A DNA stretch of 64,000 nt from Eledone cirrhosa (lineage: Eukaryota): the NCBI GenBank assembly GCA_964016885.1, contig OZ024740.1, positions 244,156,001-244,220,000 on the forward strand. The letters are read 5' to 3'. A program made the position numbers and the translations under genes. Of the stretch, positions 15,079 to 34,992 are shown in pieces. The first letter of the stretch is position 1. Each line of letters starts with the position of its first letter. The notes beneath the pieces were generated by a model. It was not told the origin of the DNA. It did not search any database and saw only the letters and a list, made by a program, of their open reading frames with translations.

Positions 15079-18000
15079 CTATAGTCTGATGTAGAGTGAA
15101 GGCCCATTCACACGGGCCATTCTTGCCACTTTCACCCATCTTTCATAGAAACGGCTGGGGTGCAGCACCTCTCTCTCCATCCTGATCCTTCTTCCGAAAT
15201 GATATCGGAAGAAACGGACCAGTTGTTGGCCAGAGAGAAAGGTGTCTGACCTCAGTCCTTTCAGACGCGTCCACCATACAATCTCTTTCGCCATGGCTAT
15301 TACGCACAGAAACACCGCCTCTCCTTCGTTTTTGAAGAGGGGAGGCGGCTTGATCGTTACAATAGACTCGGTGGTCAACCGGATTGGTCCCACCCTTGAC
15401 AGCAGTTGTTCGACATAACCCCACAGATCGGCAATGCCCGAGCAGTGTACCAATGCGTGTGCAACGGTTTCCTCGTCGCACACGCATCTGGGACAGATCT
15501 TTTTCGATGGGTCCCTACCCGGGCGCCCGTGTCTGTAGAGCCTTTCTCAAACGGGCAGAGCCCTTCTGTAGCATTGCCAGGCCAGGGACCTCTGGAAGTT
15601 ATCCATGGGTCCCGGGCTGAATGTCCTACCGAACAGGTTGGCCAGTTCGTCTTCCTCCATGCCTAGGGCTTCTCCGAGGGCGTCGTCGCACCTGCTAACC
15701 ACCAGCCCTCTATAGAATTACGAGGTGGATTCTCCACTGACAGCCGGGTCCGCCTGCCAGAGAGCCGTGAGTGCCTGGGCACACTCGGTGTGCCAGGCGC
15801 CCAGTTTTCTCGGTCTTTGCTTGACCCAGGATTGCAGCTCGGTGAGTGAGACGAGTCTGGGAAAGGCTCGCCTCACAAACGGGGCCCACACCGGTTGACC
15901 GGAGAGGAATACCTGAAGGTGACGTAGCCTTAATGCGTGTTTACGTATCATTAGCCACGGCATCCCCAGCCCTCCTTTCGAAGGGTGTTGACAGCAGATG
16001 GATCTCCTCACCATAGGAGCCCGCTTCTTTCAAAGGAATTGGAAGAATGCGCGCTCCATTTTGGCGAGCGTTTCCCTTGGGCAAGGCACAACGGTCAGGC
16101 GGTAGTAGATCACGGACGCTATATAAGTGTTCGCCACCTCCGCCCGTCCTTTCAGGGACAGTTTGCACTCGGCCCACTTCTGGGTCAGTGCAAACACCCT
16201 GTTCGTCACCTCACCCCAGTTCTTCTCCACCTGGAGGTCTGGTCCGAACCAGACCCCGAGCAACTTCACCGGGCCCTCCGTCCAGCGCCCGACGACGCCA
16301 TCGGAGGGCATCGATCTGCCCCTCCACGTGCCGAGTTGCAGACCGATCGACTTGTCCCGGTTCAGCTTAGCCCCTGTAAACCTTTCGTACTCCTCCAGTA
16401 AGGTGCCGATCGCCCTTATTTCCGAGGCCGTCGACACCATTACTGTTACGTCATCGGCGTAGGCTGACACCGCTTTCCGCAATCCCGGTTCCAACGGGAT
16501 GCCCTGCAACAACTCCAACTTCCGCAGCAGTGGCTCTAGAGTCATTACATACAGAAGGGAGGAGAGAGGGCACCCTTGTCGGATGGACCGCGCGATTTCG
16601 AACGGCTCCGAGAGGTAGCCGTTCACCTTGACCCTAGAGCAGATGCGGCTGCTGTGCATGGCATTGATCCAGCCACTGAAAACGGGTCCGAAGCCTGCCG
16701 CCGCTAGCACCGCATCCAGGTAACCATGGTCGACCCTATCGAATGACTTAGATTGATCCAAGTTGATCAGGGCCCCACCAAAGCCGGGTTCGTTCCCAAC
16801 CCTCTCTATGATGTATCGCATGAGGTGGAGGTTATCGTGGATGGACCTGGACGGGATAGCACATGTCTGCGCATCTCCCACCAGGTTGCCCACGACAAGC
16901 GCCAACCTCTTTGCTAGCACCTTGGCCAAAATCTGTAACTCTGTATTTAGCAGAGTTATGGGCCTGAAATTATTTATATCGTCCCCCTTGTTCTCGTCCT
17001 TCCTCACTAGCGTGACTACGCCCTTGGTCACAGCACAGGGAATTCTCCCGTTCTGTTGCCAGTTGCAGTAGACCGCCTCGAGGAGTTCGGGGAACAAGTC
17101 CGGCATAGCTAGATATAGTTCGTATGGAAGACCATCGAGACCCGGGGATTTGCGTTTGCCGCATTGGCTCAGCACGTCCTCTATCTCAGTGGCTGAAATC
17201 GGCTCCTCGCAGGACTTCGCCTCCCTGTCCGAGAGACGCGGCAGGCCGTCGAGGTATGGACCGAAGTCCACGTCTCCAACCGGCCCCCCGCCCCTTCCGA
17301 ACAATCCGGCAAAGTGCTTTTGAAAAGCCTCGCACATCTGCTTAGGTTCAAGGATCACCCGTCCATCCTGGTCTCGCAAAGACCGGATAGTGGATCTGCT
17401 CCCTCTTTTGGCTTCTGTCACGCGGGCCCAGCTAACAGCTTTGGTCCCCTCGTTTCCCAGAGCACGTATTTTGCTTCGGACGATGCAGCCTTCGTGTTTC
17501 GCGTCGAAGAACTGGCCCAGGGCCGTTCTCGACGCTAGCACTCTGGCCACGTCGCCGCTTCTAATTGCCTCTTCTACACTATCTACCAACTCCCTTTCCT
17601 TCCTATTTCTATTTGAGGCTAACTCCTTACTAAATTCTATAGAGACTACTCTAATCTCTCTTTTGAGAGATCCCACCACCTGCTGTTGACGATGGCGCCC
17701 GTCAACCGCTCCTTAACTAAAGTGCTAATCCGGTTCCTGTAAGCCTTACTTGCCGGTAAGGACAAGTTGAGCTTCCAGTAACCGGGTCCCTGTCTATGAG
17801 TTCTCTCAAGGTTGACCATGCAGGTCACTAATTTGTGGTCTGAATAGCCAACCATGCGCATTTTTGGACAACTTAAAAAGTCCTTATCCTTAATTCTAAC
17901 TAAGAACCTATCTAGGTACGACCTAGATGATCCGCTACGATTTGCCCAAGTCCAGGTTGGCGCAGTCGGAAAATCTAGTCGATATCTATCGGCCAGGTCA

Positions 18001-18540
18001 AATCGACCGATTAACCCTTTGAGGCTATTACACCCCCTCTCTATCGGGGCAGGCCCCTACGCAGTCCCAGCGTGCATCTAGGATACCATTCCAGTCCCCC
18101 ACTAATAGCAAGGAGCGGGACGTCCCTAGAAAAGTCTCCAGACGATGGAAGAAGTCCGGCCGCATTGACCCGAAAGGGCCGTAGGCGGCTACCAACCTAA
18201 ACGCTCCGCCTTTACCACTGCCAAGGTCCAGAACCTCTAGTCGACCCTCCGGGTCCAAATGTACCATCTGTGTTGCGAGACCCAGATGTTTTTGCAGCAG
18301 AACGACAACTCCACCCCCACCTCCGGGCTGACAGAGAGATGCGTGCATCTCAAAGTCATCAAAGGTGGGGGCCAGCTGTCGCACGTTGCTGATCCGGGCC
18401 TCGCAAATAACCATCACATCTATACGTTGTGACCTGAGGTCATTTAGAAGCATTGCTTGCTTCCAAGTTGAGCCCAGGCCACGCGCATTTAAACAGCCTA
18501 CTCTTAGCATAGCCATGTTGGTGGTGAAGAGAAAAGGCAC
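15079..18540 (-). pseudogene. Tx1 ORF2 (APE, RT, Cys/His finger) with stops and frameshifts
   Basis: LNARG..ICE..AYGP..GDWN APE motifs and RT YADD. TGG>TGA at ~16030 and TAA at ~15718 relative to copy 2; indels near 18033 and 17665. Confidence 0.93.
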
Positions 18541-20335
18541 TTACCTCTCTGCGTCCCGGGTATCGGCCTGCACAATTTCCATTAGGGTGGGGGATAGGTT
18601 GTTGGGTGGGGTGGTGGTTTGTGGAAGTGTAGGGGCATCAGTGTGTTGTGTGGTTGGGGAGCTTGGAGTTGTGTGGGTGTTTGGGGAGGGGGTGGGGTAG
18701 TATTTTAGGAGGACGCGGTTAATGGGCCCGACGCAGGGGGGACCCACGTCCTCTTTAAAATTGTTTTTTAAAGTTTTATAGGTGTCCTGTGGGGCCTTAA
18801 TCATTTTGAGGTGGGGGAAATCCCCTGCCTGGGTGAAGTTAGGCCCTTGTGTTTTTATTAGATTGTTGTTGTACACAATGTTTAACAGTTTTTTGTTTCT
18901 TGTGTTTATGTATGTGTATGCATGTTTTTGTTTTTGTGTGGTGTTTTTTGTTTGCTGTTGTTGTGAGCTCTTTTGTGTTGGTGTCAGTGTCATGTTTTGG
19001 GGAGGGGTTGTTTTCATTTGTGTGTCTGAGGTGTGTTTTCTTTTTTTCTTTTGATTGTGTGGAAGTGCTCCTCCTCGTCTGACGACGAACTAGGGTCATC
19101 TTCCGCGTTGGAGGGGAGGGGTATATTTTTGGGTTGTGTTTGCGGTGCGGGTGTTTTGGAAATTGTTTTTGTTTTTTGAGTGGAGGGGATGGGTTGGACA
19201 TTGTTTTGTTTTGGTTTGAGCTGTGGTGGTTGTTTTTGTAGTGGTAGTTGTGGTGATTGTGTTGGTTGTGCAGTTGTTGGTGGTGTAGGCAGGATTGGGG
19301 TTTTCTTATTAAGTTGGGGACAGACAGCCCTCAGGTGACCTCTGGTTCCGCAGAGGTAACACGAGGGCCGTCTACCCTCAACGGTAATGTTGATGAAGGA
19401 CAGATCATCCAGTATGACGCGTTCAGGGATCTGGGCGATCCTTTCGGGCCTCATTTGAACTACAAGTTCGAGGCTCGTTCCACTGAACGCGTCACCCGAT
19501 GCCTTTCCCATGGACACCAGCATGTCATCCTCCAGGTCCAGGAAACCTGTCAAAACCCACCATATGTCCATAATCGGCAGGATGGTGTGGATTTTTATTT
19601 TTTGTGTTCTTCTACCCATGTACGTAGGGTAGAAGGTGTATGCGGTGGATGTGATTGGTTTGATGGACAGTTTCACTGCTGTGTCCCTGTCCTTCATGAG
19701 AATGAATAGACTCCCGTAGAGTCTATCCTTCTGAATGAAGGTGATGTCCTGCATGACGTCTTTTAAAACCAGCTCTATCTCACTCTGTGATGGTTGAGCT
19801 GGCTTTTTACTTTTGTTCGAGATTGTCCTAAACATGACCGTGTTTAGGAGTCTTTGGCTTTTTAGTTCCGGCGGGGAATGGATTGTGAATGAACCATTTT
19901 CTCCGTACACTATATATTTTTTTTCGCATCTGCCAGTAGCTCCTTCGCTTTGGTTATATCTACTGGCAGATAGTCGAGGGTTTTCCTTGTCGTCTCGGGG
20001 AAGGAGAAATTTTGTTTGTTTGTGTTGTTGTTGTCGTTGGTGGTGTTGTTGTTATCATTGTTGTTGTTGTCACCGTTATTGGTCTTGTTGTTGTTGTTAT
20101 TGTTATTGGTGTTGTTTTCGTCCGTCGCATTGTTGTTGTTGTTGCTGTTGCTGGTGCCGCTGGTTCTTTGGGTTGTTGCCATGGCAAGGTCAAGTTGTCG
20201 GTTAACAGGTGGAGAGAATTCTTCCTCTGGCTGACCTTTCTTCTTGACCTCTGCTACTGTGACAGTGGCAGGGGGAAGCTGTAAGTTTATCTTCCCCTTT
20301 CCTCCTTCGAATTTTGGTGAAGAAGCTTCGGCCAT
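18541..20335 (-). pseudogene. Tx1 ORF1 (gag-like, CCHC zinc knuckle), split by frameshifts
   Basis: VEGRRPSCYLCGTRGHLRAVCP knuckle; abutting ORFs 20335-19910, 19910-19014 and 19017-18541; Asn-, Thr- and Pro-rich low-complexity parts. Confidence 0.85.
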
Positions 20336-20556
20336 TTAAAAAAAAAATATTGACTTTTCAACAAGAAAAAACTTTTTTTTTTTTGTTTAACTATTTCGCC
20401 TAAAGGCGTAGAATATTTTGAGAGACTGACTAGATCAAAGTTTGACCTGGCAGTCCCTCTACAAAATGGTACAAAAATTAAAGTTAACAGACAAGAATTT
20501 CTATAGAAATTTAAACAGAACTTACTCAGCAAGTTATACGCGTGTGTCCATCCCAG

Positions 20557-20615
<59 letters not shown>

Positions 20616-20616
<1 letters not shown>

Positions 20617-20693
20617 TTCTTTATTAGCCACGAGGGCGCAACAAGAAAAGGGGACAATACAAAGACATGTCGGGGATTTTACATACAGTCGTG

Positions 20694-20694
<1 letters not shown>
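20616..20694 (-). mobile_element. ~80-bp 3' remnant of a related Tx1 subfamily embedded in (GATA)n
   Basis: tttctttattagccac.agggc.ca...gggacaa resembles tttcttttatttgccaccagggcatcaaaagtgggacaa at 14817. Confidence 0.7.
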
Positions 20695-20761
<67 letters not shown>

Positions 20762-21255
20762 CGGTTGGGGGGGGGGTAGTGTTAGCATATTAAATAAACA
20801 AAACATTAAAGAACTCACTAAATGTTACTATTCAGCTAATTGATTACACGGGTCTAACATGTCCGTGCTGGTAGAGACTTACCTCAGATTGTCACTGGAT
20901 TTATTATTGTAGTATAACTAGAATGCAACGTCCATGCTTCAGCCAGTATATACAGATATTGAACCTAGCCTGCACTAATTGACTTGAACATGAAAACTAC
21001 AGCCGTCACTTGCAATCAAGTATGACTTGGTAGTATGTACCATACTATCGTAAGGCTATTAGGTGCCCATACAGTTGTGAACAGACACCCTCTCGGCCCC
21101 CTCCCTCCTTTGGTACAGTGGAACACTCAGGATGTGACAGTTGGAAGGAGAGGGGGCTGCACCAAACTAGTCTGATATTTCTTTCATCGACTCCGAAAGG
21201 GTCAAAGAAAACTAGACCTCGGTGGGATTTGAACTCAATCCATATATCGATATTA

Positions 21256-22173
21256 CAGGGCTGCTGAGTTCTTTGAGGACATGACATTTAATAGCTCTAA
21301 CATCATTCTAACTTGTTCTGATTACACTGGTCAACAAGTATTTTTCATCAAGCATATGTCAAGGTGTAATTTTTATGTAGTTTTTAATGCTTATTTCAAA
21401 TATACAATTAGATTTTTGACATCACGTATAGTTTTCAAGATGAGAAAGTTTTTTGGTTTTAGCTCATGCATTATATAGAAATTCCAATTAAAATTGATCA
21501 GGACCAAAAGGTCAAACGAAGGAATGACAATTGGTTATGCACAGACCCTAAAGACTTTTCAACGGCCATACACATAAGATTTCCGGCAACTGAGACAGTT
21601 CTGGGAATCTTCAGCAACGAGGAAGATGTCCTGCCATCTTAATTCTTTTCTCAGAGATTAAGGGTCAATGCTGCTGACTATAAGGAGATGTTGGGGAGGA
21701 TTGTGAGGCCTTTGAGAGAGAGCGTGAGCAAAGAAAGACCGTACATCTCTCAAAAATACTCTGCACCGTGTCGTAAAGCCAAAATGACCCCAAAAAGGGA
21801 TGAGTTACGATCTTCACGATCATGCCACCCGAAACATATGGCCTCTTAGCTCTCCAGACATTAATGTGTTAGACTACTACGTAAGAGGTGTTGTCGAAAG
21901 GGATGTTGAACATAACACTTTAAAATCTCTGCGGTCCACCATAACTAGCACGATGTCCAAAATAGATAAAGATCATCTGATTCAGACATGTCAACGTTTC
22001 AGACCTCATATTGAAGCAGTAATCGATGCTAACGACGGATTCGTTGAATAGATGCGACGAGAAGCGTCTCAAGAACGCTCATGCCAATTCATTCTCAAAT
22101 AAAGCTCTACTTTCATGACATCTGCGTCTTTTACTAAATCATGCAAATGTCTTCAAAGAGCTGATCAGCCCTG
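21256..22173 (+). mobile_element. Internally deleted Tc1/mariner-superfamily DNA transposon
   Basis: TA|CAGGGCTG...CAGCCCTG|TA imperfect TIRs of about 28 bp. Transposase C-terminus WPLSSPDINVLDYY...CQRFRPHIEAVIDANDGFVE. Confidence 0.9.
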
Positions 22174-23785
22174 TAGATGTATGTGAATTCACAAACATGA
22201 AGGAGCGTACAAGATACACTCTTTATCTTCGGGGTGAACTGAACCCATTTAAAACATATTAAAATATCAAGATGTATAGACACCACTTCGAATCACAATT
22301 TTTTAACGAGTGGAAGAGGGAGGCTACTGAATGGTGCCGCGACCACGCTAGAAATAGTAGTAAAACCTATTGGTGTGACAAAGGTTTTCAGCGCCCGGGA
22401 GCAAAAATTGTTGACGTCCACACTTTATTTAATAGGCATGAATGGTCTGAGGAAATGGAATGGTCTTGCACCTGTTCTCACTTCCCCTCGAGACGACTGC
22501 TCCCTCACCCACTGATATACTTCTCATCACGCCCCCCCCCCCCGAATCACGTGATACCGAATAGTGTGGTCCTAAATATACCCAAACTGAAACTAACATG
22601 AGATTGTTATGACTGGAACACTGTTGGTCACTGTTCAGCTTAACCAGGGAAAACTCAGGGCAAAACAGTATTTGTATAATCTATCTCCCCTATGCATATC
22701 ATGGTAATTATTGTAAAGGACACCATTTTCGGGTATTTTCTTTCTATAGACTAAGCAGTACTCTTTCGATGATATTTTCCTTTCACATGTAGGCAGATTA
22801 GTAAGAGTGTGTTAAGTAGAAGTCAATCAATAGTCATTTTAATATGAAACATCGTTTTAAGACCCCATGATTCTCTGACAATTAATGACGTGCTCAGTAA
22901 TTTGTTAATGAAGAATGATCTTATTAGATGTCTGGAGCCGTGAGTTAATATCATGTTTCATCAATAACTAATGAGATGAGCAGATGTGACAGGTATTGAT
23001 TTTTGTCTATTTACATGCTCGTGTATCTCTGTCGTAAGAAATGGTAGCAGTTTGATTAAGTCTAAAGAATTCTACATCTGCATCCTTCGAAAACGATAGG
23101 AGAAACCTTAAGACTTCACACTTTGTAAAATGATACAATTCTGCATTTTATTAGAGACGTCACTAATTGGTCATACCTGGAGAGGGATGGGCTCTTCCAG
23201 GTTTAAAATGTCCAAATCACACTGTATGTCACAACAGTGACCCTACGGCTTCAAGAGTTAAGGGTCCATAAATACATACAGCTTTCATCAAGTAGTTATA
23301 TGCGAGTCGTTACTAGTCCAACTTTTGGTACAAGATTTTATAATGTGAGCTTTTCTCTATTTTTGTGACTGTAGGAGGAGATGATGTGAGAAAGATTTAG
23401 TTGTAATGTCTTGCGGATTTAGTTGCTATGTCCACGTGGATGCAGAGTCGTTTATATAGGTGGGCGTTTTAGGCTCATGTTTTCAAAGGAAATAGACAAT
23501 TAGCATTATTTCGAATGAAAAACAAGGAAATCATTTAAATTAATTATTAAAGAATAAATCAATGATTATATTTTAAAATATTGTACATACATATACAGTT
23601 ACATTCACATTTATTATTGCTTAACACTAACGTATACACATGCTATATATACTATAATGTCAGAATTGGATCACTGATGTGTGACGATACCTTTTCGTCA
23701 CACATCAGTGACATGATCATTGACACATTTCTGTGTCATTGAGCTTTTGACACTTCCTAGTACACACAAACAAACACACACACAC

Positions 23786-29652
<5,867 letters not shown>

Positions 29653-29868
29653 CATACAAATTAATGTAATGAGACATACAGGCGTTTTTGAAATGGCTAA
29701 CAACACTCAGGTTACAATTGTTTCAGTTTTCAACACGCAATCTCGGATCAAGTTAATTGCCAAGCAAATACAACCCTGAATCAATACATCAATATTATGG
29801 CATATACATGTGTGTGTGTGTGAGTTTATATATATATATATATATATTTATCTATCTCTATATATATG

Positions 29869-29946
<78 letters not shown>

Positions 29947-30562
29947 TAGGTATGTATTTTTTACATTGTCTTTGTCTTGTGCTCACCCTATTTTCAATTT
30001 ATATTCTAAAGACTTAGTTACGCGATCTTTTTTTAAACTCTCATACAATAGACATCACACAACCCGGTCTATCTACCACCGCTCTCCCTTCTTATCTTTT
30101 CTCGCCTCCTTGTCCTTCTTTGCCCACACTTTGGATTACAGTCCTTATTCACTTGTATTTTACTATTACACTCTTTCTATATTTTTCTCCCTTGTCTAAG
30201 CCCTTGCGTATTCTGTATCTGTATAATTTGCCTAAAGGCATTACTTGTCTCTACCTGTTTTGTCTCTACCTGTTTTGTTCTTTCCCAATGTGCACCGAAA
30301 CCGTAGTGATTTCTACAGGTTGACCGAGGAGTTGGGATGGTCCGTCTTTCCGATGTTTTCCATTGTCTTTGTCCTGTGCGCACCCTCTGTCACGTGAGCC
30401 CTGTATGGCTAATATAGTTGTCTCTTTCATCACGCATGTTACCTCCAAATACTTACAACATTTGTAAGTACATCTTGATTTACGGCGTTAAGGTGAAAGT
30501 TAATTGCGTCCGTAAGCAGTGTTCCGGATGAGCACTCGATGCTCTTGGGGAGCAGAGTATCA

Positions 30563-30812
30563 ATAGTATTAATATATAAGGGAACAAAGAATCAGTGTTG
30601 CATCATACACATATCTAATTACATATTACATATGTTTCATTGTCAATCAGCTCAAGGAACGATCTATTAATGATAGAACCTGACTCTGGAAGCCAAGTCA
30701 GATTCTATCATTAATACATCGTTCCTCGAGCTGATCGACAGTGAAACATATGTAATATATAATTAGATATGTGTATGATGCAACACTGATTCTTTGTTCC
30801 CTTATATATTAA

Positions 30813-30818
<6 letters not shown>
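30563..30818. repeat. Fold-back inverted repeat, 123-bp arms, 10-nt loop, degenerate hammerhead
   Basis: 30563-30685 / 30696-30818; CTGATCGACAGT-GAAA-CATATG-TA. A related single copy lies at ~31320-31410. Confidence 0.92.
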
Positions 30819-30886
<68 letters not shown>

Positions 30887-30969
30887 ATAATAATAAAATT
30901 GAAGACTAAAATCCAAAGAGGGCTTGATAAGGATAAATATAAATCAAATATATAAGAACCGTAGAGCAA

Positions 30970-31068
30970 ATATTTATTAAAATAACAGATTAAAGTTTAA
31001 GCAAAGAATCGCTGCTTTCACCCTTGAAATTCTTTGCTTAAACTTTAATCTGTTATTTTAATAAATAT
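30970..31068. repeat. Fold-back inverted repeat, 40-bp arms
   Basis: Perfect arms by eye. The same sequence occurs unfolded at ~5728-5795 and ~53180-53248, where it carries CAGAAGA..GAAA on the minus strand. Confidence 0.9.
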
Positions 31069-31196
31069 ATATATATATATATTGTATATGTATATGTATC
31101 AGTGTGGGTATAGAGAGAGGTAAAATCCTGACCACAGCGCCATGCGGTCAAGCTTGTGTGTCAAGCAGAAACCACTTGGAGCAACAGTCGAGATTT

Positions 31197-31288
<92 letters not shown>

Positions 31289-31597
31289 ATAACGAGGAAT
31301 CAATGATGCACCAAGACACAATTTATTAACATATTACATATGTTTCTCCGACCATCAGCTCAAGGCAGGATCTATTATAGATCGAACCTGACTCTGCATT
31401 CGCAAGGTCAGATAATAATAATAATATACTCTGCTCCGCACGAGCATCGAGAGCTCAAATGGCATACCACCTACGGACGCATTTATTGCAACCTTACAAC
31501 TATATATATAATGGGCGGAGGTGGTAAGAGAAGACCTCAGCTGCTGTGCTGAATAGGACCCGTCAAACCCTTGCAAGCAGGGAAAAGCGGACGTAAA

Positions 31598-34135
31598 ATG
31601 ATGATGATGATGATGATATCATGGCTTGCCTTCGCGAACGAACATTATGAAGTGAGTAGCCCATGTTGACTGCAGGCACGCTCGTAGCTGTTCAGGCCAC
31701 TGTGGCGGAGGCAGGCGCGGTCACAGCGACTGCAGCTGAAGGTCTGGTCAGGGTTTGATGACTTGGTGTTGTGGTTCTTCCTCTTGTGGCTTTTGTCCTT
31801 GAGGCTGGCTCTGCGGGTGCTTTTGAAGGAGGAGAAAGCATTGTTCATGTTGAGGCGCCAAGTGTCACGTGTCTCAGCTAGGGTAGACCACTGGCGATAG
31901 TCGATGTGACAGACACCAAGGTATATTCTTCAAACATTTCTTGTATCACTTCTTTGGTTCTCCCCTGTCACGGTGGCCAGAGGATCCTTGGCAAGCGTTG
32001 ATCCTTCATCCTGGAGACGTGCCCTGCCCAGCGTAATTGAGGCTTCAGCAGCATGGCCTCGAAGCTGGGGACCTCCGCTCGTTCAATGACTTCAACATTG
32101 GCGACAAAATCTCTCCAGTGGATGTTGAGGATGGTGCTGAGGCAGCGCTTATGGAAGCGCTCGAAGAGTTTATGTCATATAGGAGGGTGGTAAGGACTAT
32201 GATTCTGTACACTCTGATCTTGGTACCATTCCTCGTGTGTTTATTGTCCCACGCACGTTTGTACAGTTTGCTAAATGTACAGTTCGCCTTTACCAGACTG
32301 TTGCTGATTTCCCTTTCGATCTTGGCATCTGATGTGATGGTGACCCTAGGTAGGTGAACTGGTAGACTGTTTTCAGTTCAGTCTCACCAATGGTGATATG
32401 GTGGTGGGGGGGGGGGGGGCGTACTCTTACTGAGGTGCAGACTGGTGGAGCACCTCCATCTTTTTAAAGCTCACTTCCAGTCCAAAGAGCTGAGCAGCCT
32501 CTGCAAAGCAAGAAGTAATGCGCTGTAAGGCTCCTTCTGTGTGGACAACAAGAGCAGCATCGTCGGAAAAGGGGTCTCGAATTAGTTGCTCCAGCGTCTT
32601 CGTGTGGATCTATAGTCGAGGAAGATTAAATAGGCTGCCATCAAGACGGTACCTGATGTAGACTTTGTCCTCATCATCAAGATCTTCTGTTGCCTCTTTG
32701 ATCGAGCATCAGGCTGAAGAAGTTGGTGAAAAGAATCGGTGCCAGAACGCAGCCCTGCGTCACTCCGTTGATGATCGGGAAGGGATCTGAGATGTCATTG
32801 CTGAGTCTAACTTGGTCACACCGGTAATCGTGTAGCTGGATGACCATCTTCAGGAACCTTGAGGGACAGCCGAGTCGTTCCACAATCTTCCACATTCGTT
32901 TTCTGCTCACTGTATCGAATTCTTTAGTCAAATCAACGAGCACCACGTACAGCCCTTTATTTTGTTCTCGGCACTAATTTTGCAGCTGCTGAAGAACAAA
33001 CAACATGTCTGTGGTACTCCTGTTGAATCTGAAGCCACACTGGCTCCCTGGAAGGTGTTTTTCTGCGATGGTAGGTACCAGCATATTTAGCAACATCCTT
33101 CCGAGGACTTTTCCCGCGATATTGAACAGAGTAAATTAAGCAGTCTGACTTTTCTCCTTTGCTCTTGATGGGTGATGATGACTGCTTCGCGGAGATCTTG
33201 TGGCAGATTGCCCTGCTCCCAGAAACATACGAAGAGCTCGTGGAGTTTCACGTGTAAAGCTGGGCCTCCATGCTTCTAAATCTCGCGTAGAATCCCATCT
33301 ACTTCTGCTGTTTAGCCACTCTATAGATGCACTGTGGCCTTGGTAGTCCGTTTAATGGTATGGTAACTCAACCAGCTTCACTTTTACTGGTTGTTGGGAA
33401 ATGCAGAGAATGGCTGATTTCTAGACAGTGCCGGTAGCGCTGAAGAGGGCCTGGAAATGTTCTGACCAACGACTTAAGATGGATGCTCCGCCTGTGAGGG
33501 GGGCTGGCAGTCTGCACTGCACAAAGGACTCCAGACCTGATATATAGGGCCATACACCGCATTTAAGGCCACGTAGAAACCCCTAATGTCTCCGGTGTCT
33601 ATGTACAACTGAGTTTTCTCAGCGAGGTTGGTCCACCACTTCTTTTGGATCTTTTGAAGCTTACGGTCGAGGTTACTGCATACTTGGAGGTTACTGCATA
33701 CTGCGGCTTTCTTCACAGGACAAGATGGCTGAGCTACGTGAGCCTGGTGGGTGGATCTCTTCTTCACCGGCAATTCATGAATTTCCTCGTTGTTTTCATC
33801 AAACCAGTCTTTGTTCTTCTATGAGGTGAATCCAAGGACTTTCCCAGATGTGTAGAATGGCATTTTTCTGATGTTCCCTAAGTGTTTCTGGAGAAGGATC
33901 TGTGGGAATGCTCGCATCTTCAAGCCTCAACTGAAGGGCTGTCTGGAAGTCAGCTTTCACTTCAGTTGACTGGAAACTGCTAACCTTCAACTAGGATATA
34001 ATCAATGAGTTACCAGTATTTGGAATGAGGATACATCTCGGTTGTTGTCAAACTGTCCTTCTGCTGGAAAATTGTGTTCATGATGACGAGTTGATGTTCT
34101 GCGCAAAACTCCAACAGCAAGCATCCATTGTGACA
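31598..34135 (-). mobile_element. RTE-clade LINE, decayed and 5'-truncated
   Basis: QCGFR, DLTKEFDTVSR, LGCPSRFL, GVTQGCVLAPILF, SDD, C-terminal CSRC; (ATC)n tail. Confidence 0.9.
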
Positions 34136-34805
34136 TATTGTTGCTTATTAAGTGGAAGGCGCATAGAAATTTGAGCGTTTGGAATTTGGTTCTACTTACC
34201 CTTCTCTCTCGGTGTTAGAACCAATGCAGGTAGGAAATTCTTAGCATTCCCAGATAAGCACTTCCCAACAGTTCATAAATACCGACCTATTTCAATAGAC
34301 ACAGGGTAAACTCGGTTATTCCTGTACTAAAAATAAGACAAGTTTACACATACACATCTTCATCCTCAACAGCTCTCAAACCTGCAAGATGGTTTCGCAC
34401 GATTTAATTATATATATATATATATATATGAATTGAACACGTTATACATTTGACTATAATAAATAATAATAGTTCAGAAAATCTTGTACAGTATACATGG
34501 AGAAAGTATAGCACGCCGCATCTCTCTGGTGTCAAGTGAGGCTAAGAGCTCCCTGGCCACTGATTGCTACCTTTCAAAAGTGTAAACAACCGAAGACGTT
34601 TGGTAACTCGCATGGCATCCGAGAAACGCATGGTTCAATTCATCGCAAGCAGCTTTATCACCTTTTTCCATCTCCAAGGGTAATTTACCCGATTTATTTC
34701 ATGTAACTTGTGTATGTTTGTGTGTGGATGATAAGGAAATCACCATAGTATCAGTTCAATTAAACGCTGACAAATTTGAGATGGTAACACAATGCTTATA
34801 CTCAC

Positions 34806-34916
34806 CAAATTTTTTAATATCAGTGATACAGAGATATAGTGTCTTGCTGTATCCAGAAGTATACCACGATGACGGAACCTGGGACTGTCTCTTATGAAGG
34901 TTTTATTCACGGCTAT
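34806..34916 (-). CDS. HEXB: Beta-hexosaminidase exon D (111 nt)
   Basis: ttcag|[37 protein letters not shown]|GTGAG; GH20 DxPRFxHRGxLxDTxRH motif. Confidence 0.96.
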
Positions 34917-34992
34917 CTGAAATTGATATGTTATATACATACATTCATATATACATTCCTACATTTATACATACATACATACATACATACAT

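Larger units (their letters stand above)
14815..20556 (-). mobile_element. Tx1/L1-clade LINE copy 1, apparently full length (~5.7 kb)
   Basis: 5' UTR, ORF1, ORF2 and 3' UTR all present, bounded by (GATA)n on both sides. Confidence 0.95.

Noticed and set aside
34195-34325. Possible extra HEX exon with AG/GT-like ends
   Set aside because: No GH20 similarity, and exons D and E already join in frame.
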